64,000 nt of DNA from Eledone cirrhosa (taxonomy: Eukaryota): positions 91,822,001 through 91,886,000 of the forward strand of contig OZ024745.1 in NCBI GenBank assembly GCA_964016885.1, given 5' to 3'. Numbering within the stretch: position 1 is the first letter of the stretch; each line of letters starts with the position of its first letter. The notes below the pieces were generated by a model that worked only from the letters and a program-made list of their open reading frames with translations, made no database searches and was not told where the DNA came from. Both the position numbers and the translations under genes were made by a program. This document shows positions 44,801 to 59,400 of the stretch, in pieces.

Positions 44801-47800
44801 ACAGTAAGTTATATTACTCTGCTTGAGTATCAAACAGCTCCACTAGATACAGTAGGTTATATTACTCTGCCTGAGTATCAAACAGCTCCCCTAGATACAG
44901 TAGGTTATATTACTCTGTCTGAGTATCAAACAGCTCCACTATATACAGTAGGTTATATTACTCTGACTGAGTATCAAACAGCTCCACTAGATACAGTAAG
45001 TTTTATTACTCTGCCTGAGTATCAAACAGCTCCACCAGATACAGTAAGTTATATTACTCTGCCTGAATATCAAACAGCTCCACTAGAGACAGTAAGTTAT
45101 ATTACTCTGTCTGCGTATCAAACAGCTCCACTAGATACAGTAAGTTATATTACTCTGCCTGAGTATCAAACAGCTCCACTAGATACTGTAAGTTATATTA
45201 CTCTGTCTGCATATCAAACAGCTCCACTATATACAGTAAGTTATATTACTCTGTCTGAGTATCAAACAGCTCCACTAGATACAGTAAGTTATATTACTCT
45301 GTCTGAGTATCAAACAGCTCCACTAGATACAGTAAGTTATATTACTCTGTCTGAGTATCAAACAGCTCCACTAGATACTGTAAGTTATATTACTCTGTCT
45401 GCGTATCAAACAGCTCCACTAGATACAGTAAGTTATATTACTCTGTCTGAGTATCAAACAGCTCCACTAGATACAGTAAGTTATATTACTCTGCCTGAGT
45501 ATCAAACAGCTCCACTAGATAAACTAAGTTATATTACTCTGCCTGAGTATCAAACAGCTCCACTAGATACAGTAAGTTATATTACTCTGTCTGAGTATCA
45601 AACAGCTCCACTAGATACAGTAAGTTATATTACTCTGCCTGAGTATCAAACAGCTCCACTTGATACAGTAAGTTATATTACTCTGTCTGATTATCAAACA
45701 GCTCCACTAGATACAGTAAGTTATATTACTCTGTCTGAGTATCAAACAGCTCCACTAGATACAGTAAGTTATATTACTCTGCCTCAGTATCAAACAGCTC
45801 CACTAGATACAGTAAGTTATATTACTCAGCCTGAGTATCAAACAGCTCCACTAGATACAGTAAGTTATATTACTCTGTCTGAGTATCAAACAGCTCCACT
45901 ATATACAGTAGGTTATATTACTCTGCCTGAGTATCAAACAGCTCCACTAGATACAGTAAGTTTTATTACTCTGCCTGAGTATCAAACAGCTCCACCAGAT
46001 ACAGTAAGTTATATTACTCTGCCTGAATATCAAACAGCTCCACTAGAGACAGTAAGTTATATTACTCTGTCTGCGTATCAAACAGCTCCACTAGATACAG
46101 TAAGTTATATTACTCTGCCTGAGTATCAAACAGCTCCACTAGATACTGTAAGTTATATTACTCTGTCTGCATATCAAACAGCTCCACTATATACAGTAAG
46201 TTATATTACTCTGTCTGAGTATCAAACAGCTCCACTAGATACAGTAAGTTATATTACTCTGTCTGAGTATCAAACAGCTCCACTAGATACAGTAAGTTAT
46301 ATTACTCTGTCTGAGTATCAAACAGCTCCACTAGATACTGTAAGTTATATTACTCTGTCTGCGTATCAAACAGCTCCACTAGATACAGTAAGTTATATTA
46401 CTCTGTCTGAGTATCAAACAGCTCCACTAGATACAGTAAGTTATATTACTCTGCCTGAGTATCAAACAGCTCCACTAGATAAACTAAGTTATATTACTCT
46501 GCCTGAGTATCAAACAGCTCCACTAGATACAGTAAGTTATATTACTCTGTCTGAGTATCAAACAGCTCCACTAGATACAGTAAGTTATATTACTCTGCCT
46601 GAGTATCAAACAGCTCCACTTGATACAGTAAGTTATATTACTCTGTCTGATTATCAAACAGCTCCACTAGATACAGTAAGTTATATTACTCTGTCTGAGT
46701 ATCAAACAGCTCCACTAGATACAGTAAGTTATATTACTCTGCCTGAGTATCAAACAGCTCCACTAGATACAGTAAGTTATATTACTCTGTCTGAGTATCA
46801 AACAGCTCCACTAAATACAGTAAGTTATATTACTCTGTATGCGTATCAAACAGCTCCACTAGATACAGTAAGTTATATTACTCTGCCTGAGTATCAAACA
46901 GCTCCACTAGATACAGTAAGTTATATTATTCTGTCTGAGTATCAAACAGCTCCACTAGATACAGTAAGTTATATTACTCTGTCTGAGTATCAAACAGCTC
47001 CACTAGATACAGTAAGTTATATTACTCTGCCTCAGTATCAAACAGCTCCACTAGATACAGTAAGTTATATTACTCAGCCTGAGTATCAAACAGCTCCACT
47101 AGATACAGTAAGTTATATTACTCTGTCTGAGTATCAAACAGCTCCACTATATACAGTAGGTTATATTACTCTGCCTGAGTATCAAACAGCTCCCCTAGAT
47201 ACAGTAGGTTATATTACTCTGTCTGAGTATCAAACAGCTCCACTAGATACAGTAAGTTATATTACTCTGCCTGAGTATCAACCAGCTCCAATAGATACAG
47301 TAAGTTATATTACTCTGCCTGAGTATCAAACAGCTCCACTAGATACAGTAAGTTATATTACTCTGCCTGAGTATCAAGCAGCTCCACTAGATACAGTAAG
47401 TTATATTACTCTGTCTGAGTATCAAACAGCTCCACTAGATACAGTAAGTTTTATTACTCTGCCTGAGTATCAAACAGCTCCACTAGATACAGTAAGTTAT
47501 ATTATTCTGTCTGAGTATCAAACAGCTCCACTAGATAAAGTAAGTTATATTACTCTGCCTGAGTATCAAACAGCTCCACTAGATAAAGTAAGTTATATTA
47601 CTCTGCCTGAGTATCAAACAGCTCCACTAGATACAGTAAGTTATATTACTCTGCCTGAGTATCAAACAGCTCCACTAGATACAGTAAGTTATATTATTCT
47701 GTCTGATTATCAAACAGCTCCACTAGATACAGTAAGTTATATTACTCTGCCTGAGTATCAAACAGCTCCCCCAGATACAGTAAGTTATATTACTCTGCCT

Positions 47801-48060
47801 GAGTATCAAACAGCTCCACTAGATACTGGAAGTTATATTACTCTGTCTGCGTATCAAACAGCTCCACTAGATACAGTAAGTTATATTACTCTGCCTGAGT
47901 ATCAAACAGCTCCACTAGATACAGTAAGTTATATTACTCTGCTTGAGTATCAAACAGCTCCACTAGATACAGTAGGTTATATTACTCTGCCTGAGTATCA
48001 AACAGCTCCCCTAGATACAGTAGGTTATATTACTCTGTCTGAGTATCAAACAGCTCCACT
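41821..48060. repeat. Tandem duplication of a 3120-bp (65-monomer) block containing an internal 960-bp (20-monomer) duplication
   Basis: Lines 41821/44941 (ATATACAGTAGG...CTGACTGA), 43681/46801 (CTGTATGCG) and 44701/47821 (ACTGGA) match at +3120. The internal +960 match is seen at lines 41881/42841 and 42541/43501. Confidence 0.9.
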
Positions 48061-49399
48061 AGATACAGTAAGTTATATTACTCTGCCTGAGTATCAAACA
48101 GCTCCACTAGATACAGTAAGTTATATTACTCTGCCTGAGTATCAAACAGCTCCACTAGATACAGTAAGTTATATTACTCTGCCTGAGTATCAAGCAGCTC
48201 CACTAGATACAGTAAGTTATATTACTCTGTCTGAGTATCAAACAGCTCCACTAGATACAGTAAGTTATATTCCTCTGCCTGAGTATCAAACAGCTCCCCT
48301 AGATACAGTAAGTTATATTACTCTGTCTGAGTATCAAACAGCTCCACTAGATACAGTAAGTTATATTACTCTGTCTGAGTATCAAACAGCTCCACTAGAT
48401 ACAGTAAGTTATATTACTCTGCCTGAGTATCAAACAGCTCCACTAGATAAACTAAGTTATATTACTCTGTCTGAGTATCAAACAGCTCCACTAGATAAAC
48501 TAAGTTATATTACTCTGCCTGAGTATCATACAGCTCCACTAGATACAGTAAGTTATATTCCTCTGCCTGAGTATCAAACAGCTCCCCTAGATACTGTAAG
48601 TTATATTACTCTGTCTGCGTATCAAACAGCTCCACTATATACAGTAAGTTATATTACTCTGTCTGAGTATCAAACAGCTCCACTAGATACAGTAAGTTAT
48701 ATTACTCTGCCTGAGTATCAAACAGCTCCACTAGATAAACTAAGTTATATTACTCTGTCTGAGTATCAAACAGCTCCACTAGATACAGTAAGTTATATTA
48801 CTCTGTCTGAGTATCAAACGACTCCACTAGATACAGTAAGTTATATTACTCTGTCTGAGTATCAAACAGCTCCACTAGATACAGTAAGTTATATTACTCT
48901 GTCTGAGTATCAAACAGCTCCACTAGATACTGTAAGTTATATTACTCTGTCTGCGTATCAAACAGCTCCACTAGATACAGTAAGTTATATTACTCTGTCT
49001 GAGTATCAAACAGCTCCACTAGATACAGTAAGTTATATTACTCTGCCTGAGTATCAAACAGCTCCACTAGATAAACTAAGTTATATTACTCTGCCTGAGT
49101 ATCAAACAGCTCCACTAGATACAGTAAGTTATATTACTCTGTCTGAGTATCAAACAGCTCCACTAGATACAGTAAGTTATATTACTCTGCCTGAGTATCA
49201 AACAGCTCCACTTGATACAGTAAGTTATATTACTCTGTCTGATTATCAAACAGCTCCACTAGATACAGTAAGTTATATTACTCTGTCTGAGTATCAAACA
49301 GCTCCACTAGATACAGTAAGTTATATTACTCTGCCTGAGTATCAAACAGCTCCACTAGATACAGTAAGTTATATTACTCAGCCTGAGTATCAAACAGCT

Positions 49400-52300
49400 C
49401 CACTAGATACAGTAAGTTATATTACTCTGTCTGAGTATCAAACAGCTCCACTATATACAGTAGGTTATATTACTCTGTCTGAGTATCAAACAGCTCCACT
49501 AGATACAGTAAGTTATATTACTCTGCCTGAGTATCAACCAGCTCCAATAGATACAGTAAGTTATATTACTCTGCCTGAGTATCAAACAGCTCCACTAGAT
49601 ACAGTAAGTTATATTACTCTGCCTGAGTATCAAGCAGCTCCACTAGATACAGTAAGTTATATTACTCTGTCTGAGTATCAAACAGCTCCACTAGATACAG
49701 TAAGTTTTATTACTCTGCCTGAGTATCAAACAGCTCCACTAGATACAGTAAGTTATATTATTCTGTCTGAGTATCAAACAGCTCCACTAGATAAAGTAAG
49801 TTATATTACTCTGCCTGAGTATCAAACAGCTCCACTAGATAAAGTAAGTTATATTACTCTGCCTGAGTATCAAACAGCTCCACTAGATACAGTAAGTTAT
49901 ATTACTCTGCCTGAGTATCAAACAGCTCCACTAGATACAGTAAGTTATATTACTCTGTCTGATTATCAAACAGCTCCACTAGATACAGTAAGTTATATTA
50001 CTCTGCCTGAGTATCAAACAGCTCCCCCAGATACAGTAAGTTATATTACTCTGCCTGAGTATCAAACAGCTCCACTAGATACTGGAAGTTATATTACTCT
50101 GTCTGCGTATCAAACAGCTCCACTAGATACAGTAAGTTATATTACTCTGCATGGGTATCAAACAGCTCCACTAGATACAGTAAGTTATACTACTCTGCTT
50201 GAGTATCAAACAGCTCCACTAGATACAGTAGGTTATATTACTCTGCCTGAGTATCAAACAGCTCCCCTAGATACAGTAGGTTATATTACTCTGTCTGAGT
50301 ATCAAACAGCTCCACTAGATACAGTAAGTTATATTATTCTGTCTGAGTATCAAACAGCTCCACTAGATAAAGTAAGTTATATTACTCTGCTTGAGTATCA
50401 AACAGCTCCACTAGATAAAGTAAGTTATATTACTCTGCCTGAGTATCAAACAGCTCCACTAGATACAGTAAGTTATATTACTCTGCCTGAGTATCAAACA
50501 GCTCCACTAGATACAGTAAGTTATATTACTCTGTCTGATTATCAAACAGCCCCACTAGATACAGTAAGTTATATTACTCTGCCTGAGTATCAAACAGCTC
50601 CCCCAGATACAGTAAGTTATATTACTCTGCCTGAGTATCAAACAGCTCCACTAGATACAGTAAGTTATATTATTCTGTCTGAGTATCAAACAGCTCCACT
50701 AGATACAGTAAGTTATATTACTCTGCCTGAGTATCAAACAGCTCCACTAGATACAGTAAGTTATATTACTCTGCTTGAGTATCAAACAGCTCCACTAGAT
50801 ACAGTAGGTTATATTACTCTGCCTGAGTATCAAACAGCTCCCCTAGATACAGTAGGTTATATTACTCTGCCTGAGTATCAAACAGCTCCACTAGATACTG
50901 TAAGTTATATTACTCTGTCTGCGTATCAAACAGCTCCACTAGATACAGTAAGTTATATTACTCTGTCTGAGTATCAAACCGCTCCACTAGATACAGTAAG
51001 TTATATTACTCTGCCTGAGTATCAAACAGCTCCACTAGATAAAGTAAGTTATATTACTCTGCCTGAGTATCAAACAGCTCCACTAGATACAGTAAGTTAT
51101 ATTACTCTGTCTGATTATCAAACAGCTCCACTAGAGACAGTAAGTTATATTACTCTGTCTGCGTATCAAACAGCTCCACTAGATACAGTAAGTTATATTA
51201 CTCTGCCTGAGTATCAAACAGCTCCACTAGATACTGTAAGTTATATTACTCTGTCTGCATATCAAACAGCTCCACTATATACAGTAAGTTATATTACTCT
51301 GTCTGAGTATCAAACAGCTCCACTAGATACAGTAAGTTATATTACTCTGTCTGAGTATCAAACAGCTCCACTAGATACAGTAAGTTATATTACTCTGTCT
51401 GAGTATCAAACAGCTCCACTAGATACTGTAAGTTATATTACTCTGTCTGCGTATCAAACAGCTCCACTAGATACAGTAAGTTATATTACTCTGTCTGAGT
51501 ATCAAACAGCTCCACTAGATACAGTAAGTTATATTACTCTGCCTGAGTATCAAACAGCTCCACTAGATAAACTAAGTTATATTACTCTGCCTGAGTATCA
51601 AACAGCTCCACTAGATACAGTAAGTTATATTACTCTGTCTGAGTATCAAACAGCTCCACTAGATACAGTAAGTTATATTACTCTGCCTGAGTATCAAACA
51701 GCTCCACTTGATACAGTAAGTTATATTACTCTGTCTGATTATCAAACAGCTCCACTAGATACAGTAAGTTATATTACTCTGTCTGAGTATCAAACAGCTC
51801 CACTAGATACAGTAAGTTATATTACTCTGCCTCAGTATCAAACAGCTCCACTAGATACAGTAAGTTATATTACTCAGCCTGAGTATCAAACAGCTCCACT
51901 AGATACAGTAAGTTATATTACTCTGTCTGAGTATCAAACAGCTCCACTATATACAGTAGGTTATATTACTCTGCCTGAGTATCAAACAGCTCCACTAGAT
52001 ACAGTAAGTTTTATTACTCTGCCTGAGTATCAAACAGCTCCACCAGATACAGTAAGTTATATTACTCTGCCTGAATATCAAACAGCTCCACTAGAGACAG
52101 TAAGTTATATTACTCTGTCTGCGTATCAAACAGCTCCACTAGATACAGTAAGTTATATTACTCTGCCTGAGTATCAAACAGCTCCACTAGATACTGTAAG
52201 TTATATTACTCTGTCTGCATATCAAACAGCTCCACTATATACAGTAAGTTATATTACTCTGTCTGAGTATCAAACAGCTCCACTAGATACAGTAAGTTAT

Positions 52301-55300
52301 ATTACTCTGTCTGAGTATCAAACAGCTCCACTAGATACAGTAAGTTATATTACTCTGTCTGAGTATCAAACAGCTCCACTAGATACTGTAAGTTATATTA
52401 CTCTGTCTGCGTATCAAACAGCTCCACTAGATACAGTAAGTTATATTACTCTGTCTGAGTATCAAACAGCTCCACTAGATACAGTAAGTTATATTACTCT
52501 GCCTGAGTATCAAACAGCTCCACTAGATAAACTAAGTTATATTACTCTGCCTGAGTATCAAACAGCTCCACTAGATACAGTAAGTTATATTACTCTGTCT
52601 GAGTATCAAACAGCTCCACTAGATACAGTAAGTTATATTACTCTGCCTGAGTATCAAACAGCTCCACTTGATACAGTAAGTTATATTACTCTGTCTGATT
52701 ATCAAACAGCTCCACTAGATACAGTAAGTTATATTACTCTGTCTGAGTATCAAACAGCTCCACTAGATACAGTAAGTTATATTACTCTGCCTGAGTATCA
52801 AACAGCTCCACTAGATACAGTAAGTTATATTACTCTGTCTGAGTATCAAACAGCTCCACTAAATACAGTAAGTTATATTACTCTGTATGCGTATCAAACA
52901 GCTCCACTAGATACAGTAAGTTATATTACTCTGCCTGAGTATCAAACAGCTCCACTAGATACAGTAAGTTATATTACTCTGTCTGAGTATCAAACAGCTC
53001 CACTATATACAGTAGGTTATATTACTCTGTCTGAGTATCAAACAGCTCCACTAGATACAGTAAGTTATATTACTCTGCCTGAGTATCAACCAGCTCCAAT
53101 AGATACAGTAAGTTATATTACTCTGCCTGAGTATCAAACAGCTCCACTAGATACAGTAAGTTATATTACTCTGCCTGAGTATCAAGCAGCTCCACTAGAT
53201 ACAGTAAGTTATATTACTCTGTCTGAGTATCAAACAGCTCCACTAGATACAGTAAGTTTTATTACTCTGCCTGAGTATCAAACAGCTCCACTAGATACAG
53301 TAAGTTATATTATTCTGTCTGAGTATCAAACAGCTCCACTAGATAAAGTAAGTTATATTACTCTGCCTGAGTATCAAACAGCTCCACTAGATAAAGTAAG
53401 TTATATTACTCTGCCTGAGTATCAAACAGCTCCACTAGATACAGTAAGTTATATTACTCTGCCTGAGTATCAAACAGCTCCACTAGATACAGTAAGTTAT
53501 ATTACTCTGTCTGATTATCAAACAGCTCCACTAGATACAGTAAGTTATATTACTCTGCCTGAGTATCAAACAGCTCCCCCAGATACAGTAAGTTATATTA
53601 CTCTGCCTGAGTATCAAACAGCTCCACTAGATACTGGAAGTTATATTACTCTGTCTGCGTATCAAACAGCTCCACTAGATACAGTAAGTTATATTACTCT
53701 GCATGGGTATCAAACAGCTCCACTAGATACAGTAAGTTATACTACTCTGCTTGAGTATCAAACAGCTCCACTAGATACAGTAGGTTATATTACTCTGCCT
53801 GAGTATCAAACAGCTCCCCTAGATACAGTAGGTTATATTACTCTGTCTGAGTATCAAACAGCTCCACTAGATACAGTAAGTTATATTATTCTGTCTGAGT
53901 ATCAAACAGCTCCACTAGATAAAGTAAGTTATATTACTCTGCTTGAGTATCAAACAGCTCCACTAGATAAAGTAAGTTATATTACTCTGCCTGAGTATCA
54001 AACAGCTCCACTAGATACAGTAAGTTATATTACTCTGCCTGAGTATCAAACAGCTCCACTAGATACAGTAAGTTATATTACTCTGTCTGATTATCAAACA
54101 GCCCCACTAGATACAGTAAGTTATATTACTCTGCCTGAGTATCAAACAGCTCCCCCAGATACAGTAAGTTATATTACTCTGCCTGAGTATCAAACAGCTC
54201 CACTAGATACAGTAAGTTATATTATTCTGTCTGAGTATCAAACAGCTCCACTAGATACAGTAAGTTATATTACTCTGCCTGAGTATCAAACAGCTCCACT
54301 AGATACAGTAAGTTATATTACTCTGCTTGAGTATCAAACAGCTCCACTAGATACAGTAGGTTATATTACTCTGCCTGAGTATCAAACAGCTCCCCTAGAT
54401 ACAGTAGGTTATATTACTCTGCCTGAGTATCAAACAGCTCCACTAGATACTGTAAGTTATATTACTCTGTCTGCGTATCAAACAGCTCCACTAGATACAG
54501 TAAGTTATATTACTCTGTCTGAGTATCAAACCGCTCCACTAGATACAGTAAGTTATATTACTCTGCCTGAGTATCAAACAGCTCCACTAGATAAAGTAAG
54601 TTATATTACTCTGCCTGAGTATCAAACAGCTCCACTAGATACAGTAAGTTATATTACTCTGTCTGATTATCAAACAGCTCCACTAGAGACAGTAAGTTAT
54701 ATTACTCTGTCTGCGTATCAAACAGCTCCACTAGATACAGTAAGTTATATTACTCTGCCTGAGTATCAAACAGCTCCACTAGATACTGTAAGTTATATTA
54801 CTCTGTCTGCATATCAAACAGCTCCACTATATACAGTAAGTTATATTACTCTGTCTGAGTATCAAACAGCTCCACTAGATACAGTAAGTTATATTACTCT
54901 GTCTGAGTATCAAACAGCTCCACTAGATACAGTAAGTTATATTACTCTGTCTGAGTATCAAACAGCTCCACTAGATACTGTAAGTTATATTACTCTGTCT
55001 GCGTATCAAACAGCTCCACTAGATACAGTAAGTTATATTACTCTGTCTGAGTATCAAACAGCTCCACTAGATACAGTAAGTTATATTACTCTGCCTGAGT
55101 ATCAAACAGCTCCACTAGATAAACTAAGTTATATTACTCTGCCTGAGTATCAAACAGCTCCACTAGATACAGTAAGTTATATTACTCTGTCTGAGTATCA
55201 AACAGCTCCACTAGATACAGTAAGTTATATTACTCTGCCTGAGTATCAAACAGCTCCACTTGATACAGTAAGTTATATTACTCTGTCTGATTATCAAACA

Positions 55301-56450
55301 GCTCCACTAGATACAGTAAGTTATATTACTCTGTCTGAGTATCAAACAGCTCCACTAGATACAGTAAGTTATATTACTCTGCCTCAGTATCAAACAGCTC
55401 CACTAGATACAGTAAGTTATATTACTCAGCCTGAGTATCAAACAGCTCCACTAGATACAGTAAGTTATATTACTCTGTCTGAGTATCAAACAGCTCCACT
55501 ATATACAGTAGGTTATATTACTCTGCCTGAGTATCAAACAGCTCCACTAGATACAGTAAGTTTTATTACTCTGCCTGAGTATCAAACAGCTCCACCAGAT
55601 ACAGTAAGTTATATTACTCTGCCTGAATATCAAACAGCTCCACTAGAGACAGTAAGTTATATTACTCTGTCTGCGTATCAAACAGCTCCACTAGATACAG
55701 TAAGTTATATTACTCTGCCTGAGTATCAAACAGCTCCACTAGATACTGTAAGTTATATTACTCTGTCTGCATATCAAACAGCTCCACTATATACAGTAAG
55801 TTATATTACTCTGTCTGAGTATCAAACAGCTCCACTAGATACAGTAAGTTATATTACTCTGTCTGAGTATCAAACAGCTCCACTAGATACAGTAAGTTAT
55901 ATTACTCTGTCTGAGTATCAAACAGCTCCACTAGATACTGTAAGTTATATTACTCTGTCTGCGTATCAAACAGCTCCACTAGATACAGTAAGTTATATTA
56001 CTCTGCCTGAGTATCAAACAGCTCCACTAGATAAACTAAGTTATATTACTCTGCCTGAGTATCAAACAGCTCCACTAGATACAGTAAGTTATATTACTCT
56101 GTCTGAGTATCAAACAGCTCCACTAGATACAGTAAGTTATATTACTCTGCCTGAGTATCAAACAGCTCCACTTGATACAGTAAGTTATATTACTCTGTCT
56201 GATTATCAAACAGCTCCACTAGATACAGTAAGTTATATTACTCTGTCTGAGTATCAAACAGCTCCACTAGATACAGTAAGTTATATTACTCTGCCTGAGT
56301 ATCAAACAGCTCCACTAGATACAGTAAGTTATATTACTCTGTCTGAGTATCAAACAGCTCCACTAAATACAGTAAGTTATATTACTCTGTATGCGTATCA
56401 AACAGCTCCACTAGATACAGTAAGTTATATTACTCTGCCTGAGTATCAAA
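49400..56450. repeat. Tandem duplication of a 3552-bp (74-monomer) block, second copy one monomer shorter
   Basis: GCATGGGT at 50151/53703, plus TATACTACT, GCCCCACT and AAACCGCT, recur at +3552. The offset falls to 3504 after ~55980 (CTGTATGCG 52886/56390). Confidence 0.88.
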
Positions 56451-59400
56451 CAGCTCCACTAGATACAGTAAGTTATATTATTCTGTCTGAGTATCAAACA
56501 GCTCCACTAGATACAGTAAGTTATATTACTCTGTCTGAGTATCAAACAGCTCCACTAGATACAGTAAGTTATATTACTCTGCCTCAGTATCAAACAGCTC
56601 CACTAGATACAGTAAGTTATATTACTCAGCCTGAGTATCAAACAGCTCCACTAGATACAGTAAGTTATATTACTCTGTCTGAGTATCAAACAGCTCCACT
56701 ATATACAGTAGGTTATATTACTCTGCCTGAGTATCAAACAGCTCCCCTAGATACAGTAGGTTATATTACTCTGTCTGAGTATCAAACAGCTCCACTAGAT
56801 ACAGTAAGTTATATTACTCTGCCTGAGTATCAACCAGCTCCAATAGATACAGTAAGTTATATTACTCTGCCTGAGTATCAAACAGCTCCACTAGATACAG
56901 TAAGTTATATTACTCTGCCTGAGTATCAAGCAGCTCCACTAGATACAGTAAGTTATATTACTCTGTCTGAGTATCAAACAGCTCCACTAGATACAGTAAG
57001 TTTTATTACTCTGCCTGAGTATCAAACAGCTCCACTAGATACAGTAAGTTATATTATTCTGTCTGAGTATCAAACAGCTCCACTAGATAAAGTAAGTTAT
57101 ATTACTCTGCCTGAGTATCAAACAGCTCCACTAGATAAAGTAAGTTATATTACTCTGCCTGAGTATCAAACAGCTCCACTAGATACAGTAAGTTATATTA
57201 CTCTGCCTGAGTATCAAACAGCTCCACTAGATACAGTAAGTTATATTATTCTGTCTGATTATCAAACAGCTCCACTAGATACAGTAAGTTATATTACTCT
57301 GCCTGAGTATCAAACAGCTCCCCCAGATACAGTAAGTTATATTACTCTGCCTGAGTATCAAACAGCTCCACTAGATACTGGAAGTTATATTACTCTGTCT
57401 GCGTATCAAACAGCTCCACTAGATACAGTAAGTTATATTACTCTGCCTGAGTATCAAACAGCTCCACTAGATACAGTAAGTTATATTACTCTGCTTGAGT
57501 ATCAAACAGCTCCACTAGATACAGTAGGTTATATTACTCTGTCTGAGTATCAAACAGCTCCACTAGATACAGTAAGTTATATTACTCTGCCTGAGTATCA
57601 AACAGCTCCACTAGATACAGTAAGTTATATTACTCTGCCTGAGTATCAAACAGCTCCACTAGATATAGTAAGTTATATTACTCTGCCTGAGTATCAAGCA
57701 GCTCCACTAGATACAGTAAGTTATATTACTCTGCCTGAGTATCAAACAGCTCCACTAGATATAGTAAGTTATATTACTCTGCCTGAGTATCAAGCAGCTC
57801 CACTAGATACAGTAAGTTATATTACTCTGTCTGAGTATCAAACAGCTCCACTAGATACAGTAAGTTATATTACTCTGCCTGAGTATCAAACAGCTCCACT
57901 AGATAAACTAAGTTATATTACTCTGCCTGAGTATCAAACAGCTCCACTAAATACAGTAAGTTATATTACTCTGTATGCGTATCAAACAGCTCCACTAGAT
58001 ACAGTAAGTTATATTACTCAGCCTGAGTATCAAACAGCTCCACTAGATACTGGAAGTTATATTACTCTGTCTGCGTATCAAACAGCTCCACTAGATACAG
58101 TAAGTTATATTACTCTGCCTGAGTATCAAACAGCTCCACTAGATAAAGTAAGTTATATTACTCTGCCTGAGTATCAAACAGCTCCACTAGATACAGTAAG
58201 TTATATTACTCTGCCTGAGTATCAAACAGCTCCACTAGATATAGTAAGTTATATTACTCTGCCTGAGTATCAAGCAGCTCCACTAGATACAGTAAGTTAT
58301 ATTACTCTGCCTGAGTATCAAACAGCTCCACTAGATATAGTAAGTTATATTACTCTGCCTGAGTATCAAGCAGCTCCACTAGATACAGTAAGTTATATTA
58401 CTCTGTCTGAGTATCAAACAGCTCCACTAGATACAGTAAGTTATATTACTCTGCCTGAGTATCAAACAGCTCCACTAGATAAACTAAGTTATATTACTCT
58501 GCCTGAGTATCAAACAGCTCCACTAAATACAGTAAGTTATATTACTCTGTATGCGTATCAAACAGCTCCACTAGATACAGTAAGTTATATTACTCAGCCT
58601 GAGTATCAAACAGCTCCACTAGATACTGGAAGTTATATTACTCTGTCTGCGTATCAAACAGCTCCACTAGATACAGTAAGTTATATTACTCTGCCTGAGT
58701 ATCAAACAGCTCCACTAGATACAGTAAGTTATATTACTCTGCTTGAGTATCAAACAGCTCCACTAGATACAGTAGGTTATATTACTCTGCCTGAGTATCA
58801 AACAGCTCCCCTAGATACAGTAGGTTATATTACTCTGTCTGAGTATCAAACAGCTCCACTAGATACAGTAAGTTATATTACTCTGCCTGAGTATCAAACA
58901 GCTCCACTAGATACAGTAAGTTATATTACTCTGCCTGAGTATCAAACAGCTCCACTAGATATAGTAAGTTATATTACTCTGCCTGAGTATCAAGCAGCTC
59001 CACTAGATACAGTAGGTTATATTACTCTGTCTGAGTATCAAACAGCTCCACTAGATACTGTAAGTTATATTACTCTGTCTGCATATCAAACAGCTCCACT
59101 ATATACAGTAAGTTATATTACTCTGTCTGAGTATCAAACAGCTCCACTAGATACAGTAAGTTATATTACTCTGTCTGAGTATCAAACGGCTCCACTAGAT
59201 ACAGTAAGTTATATTACTCTGTCTGAGTATCAAACAGCTCCACTAGATACAGTAAGTTATATTACTCTGTCTGAGTATCAAACAGCTCCACTAGATACTG
59301 TAAGTTATATTACTCTGTCTGAGTATCAAACAGCTCCTCTAGATACAGTAAGTTATATTACTCTGTCTGAGTATCAAACAGCTCCACTAGATACAGTAAG

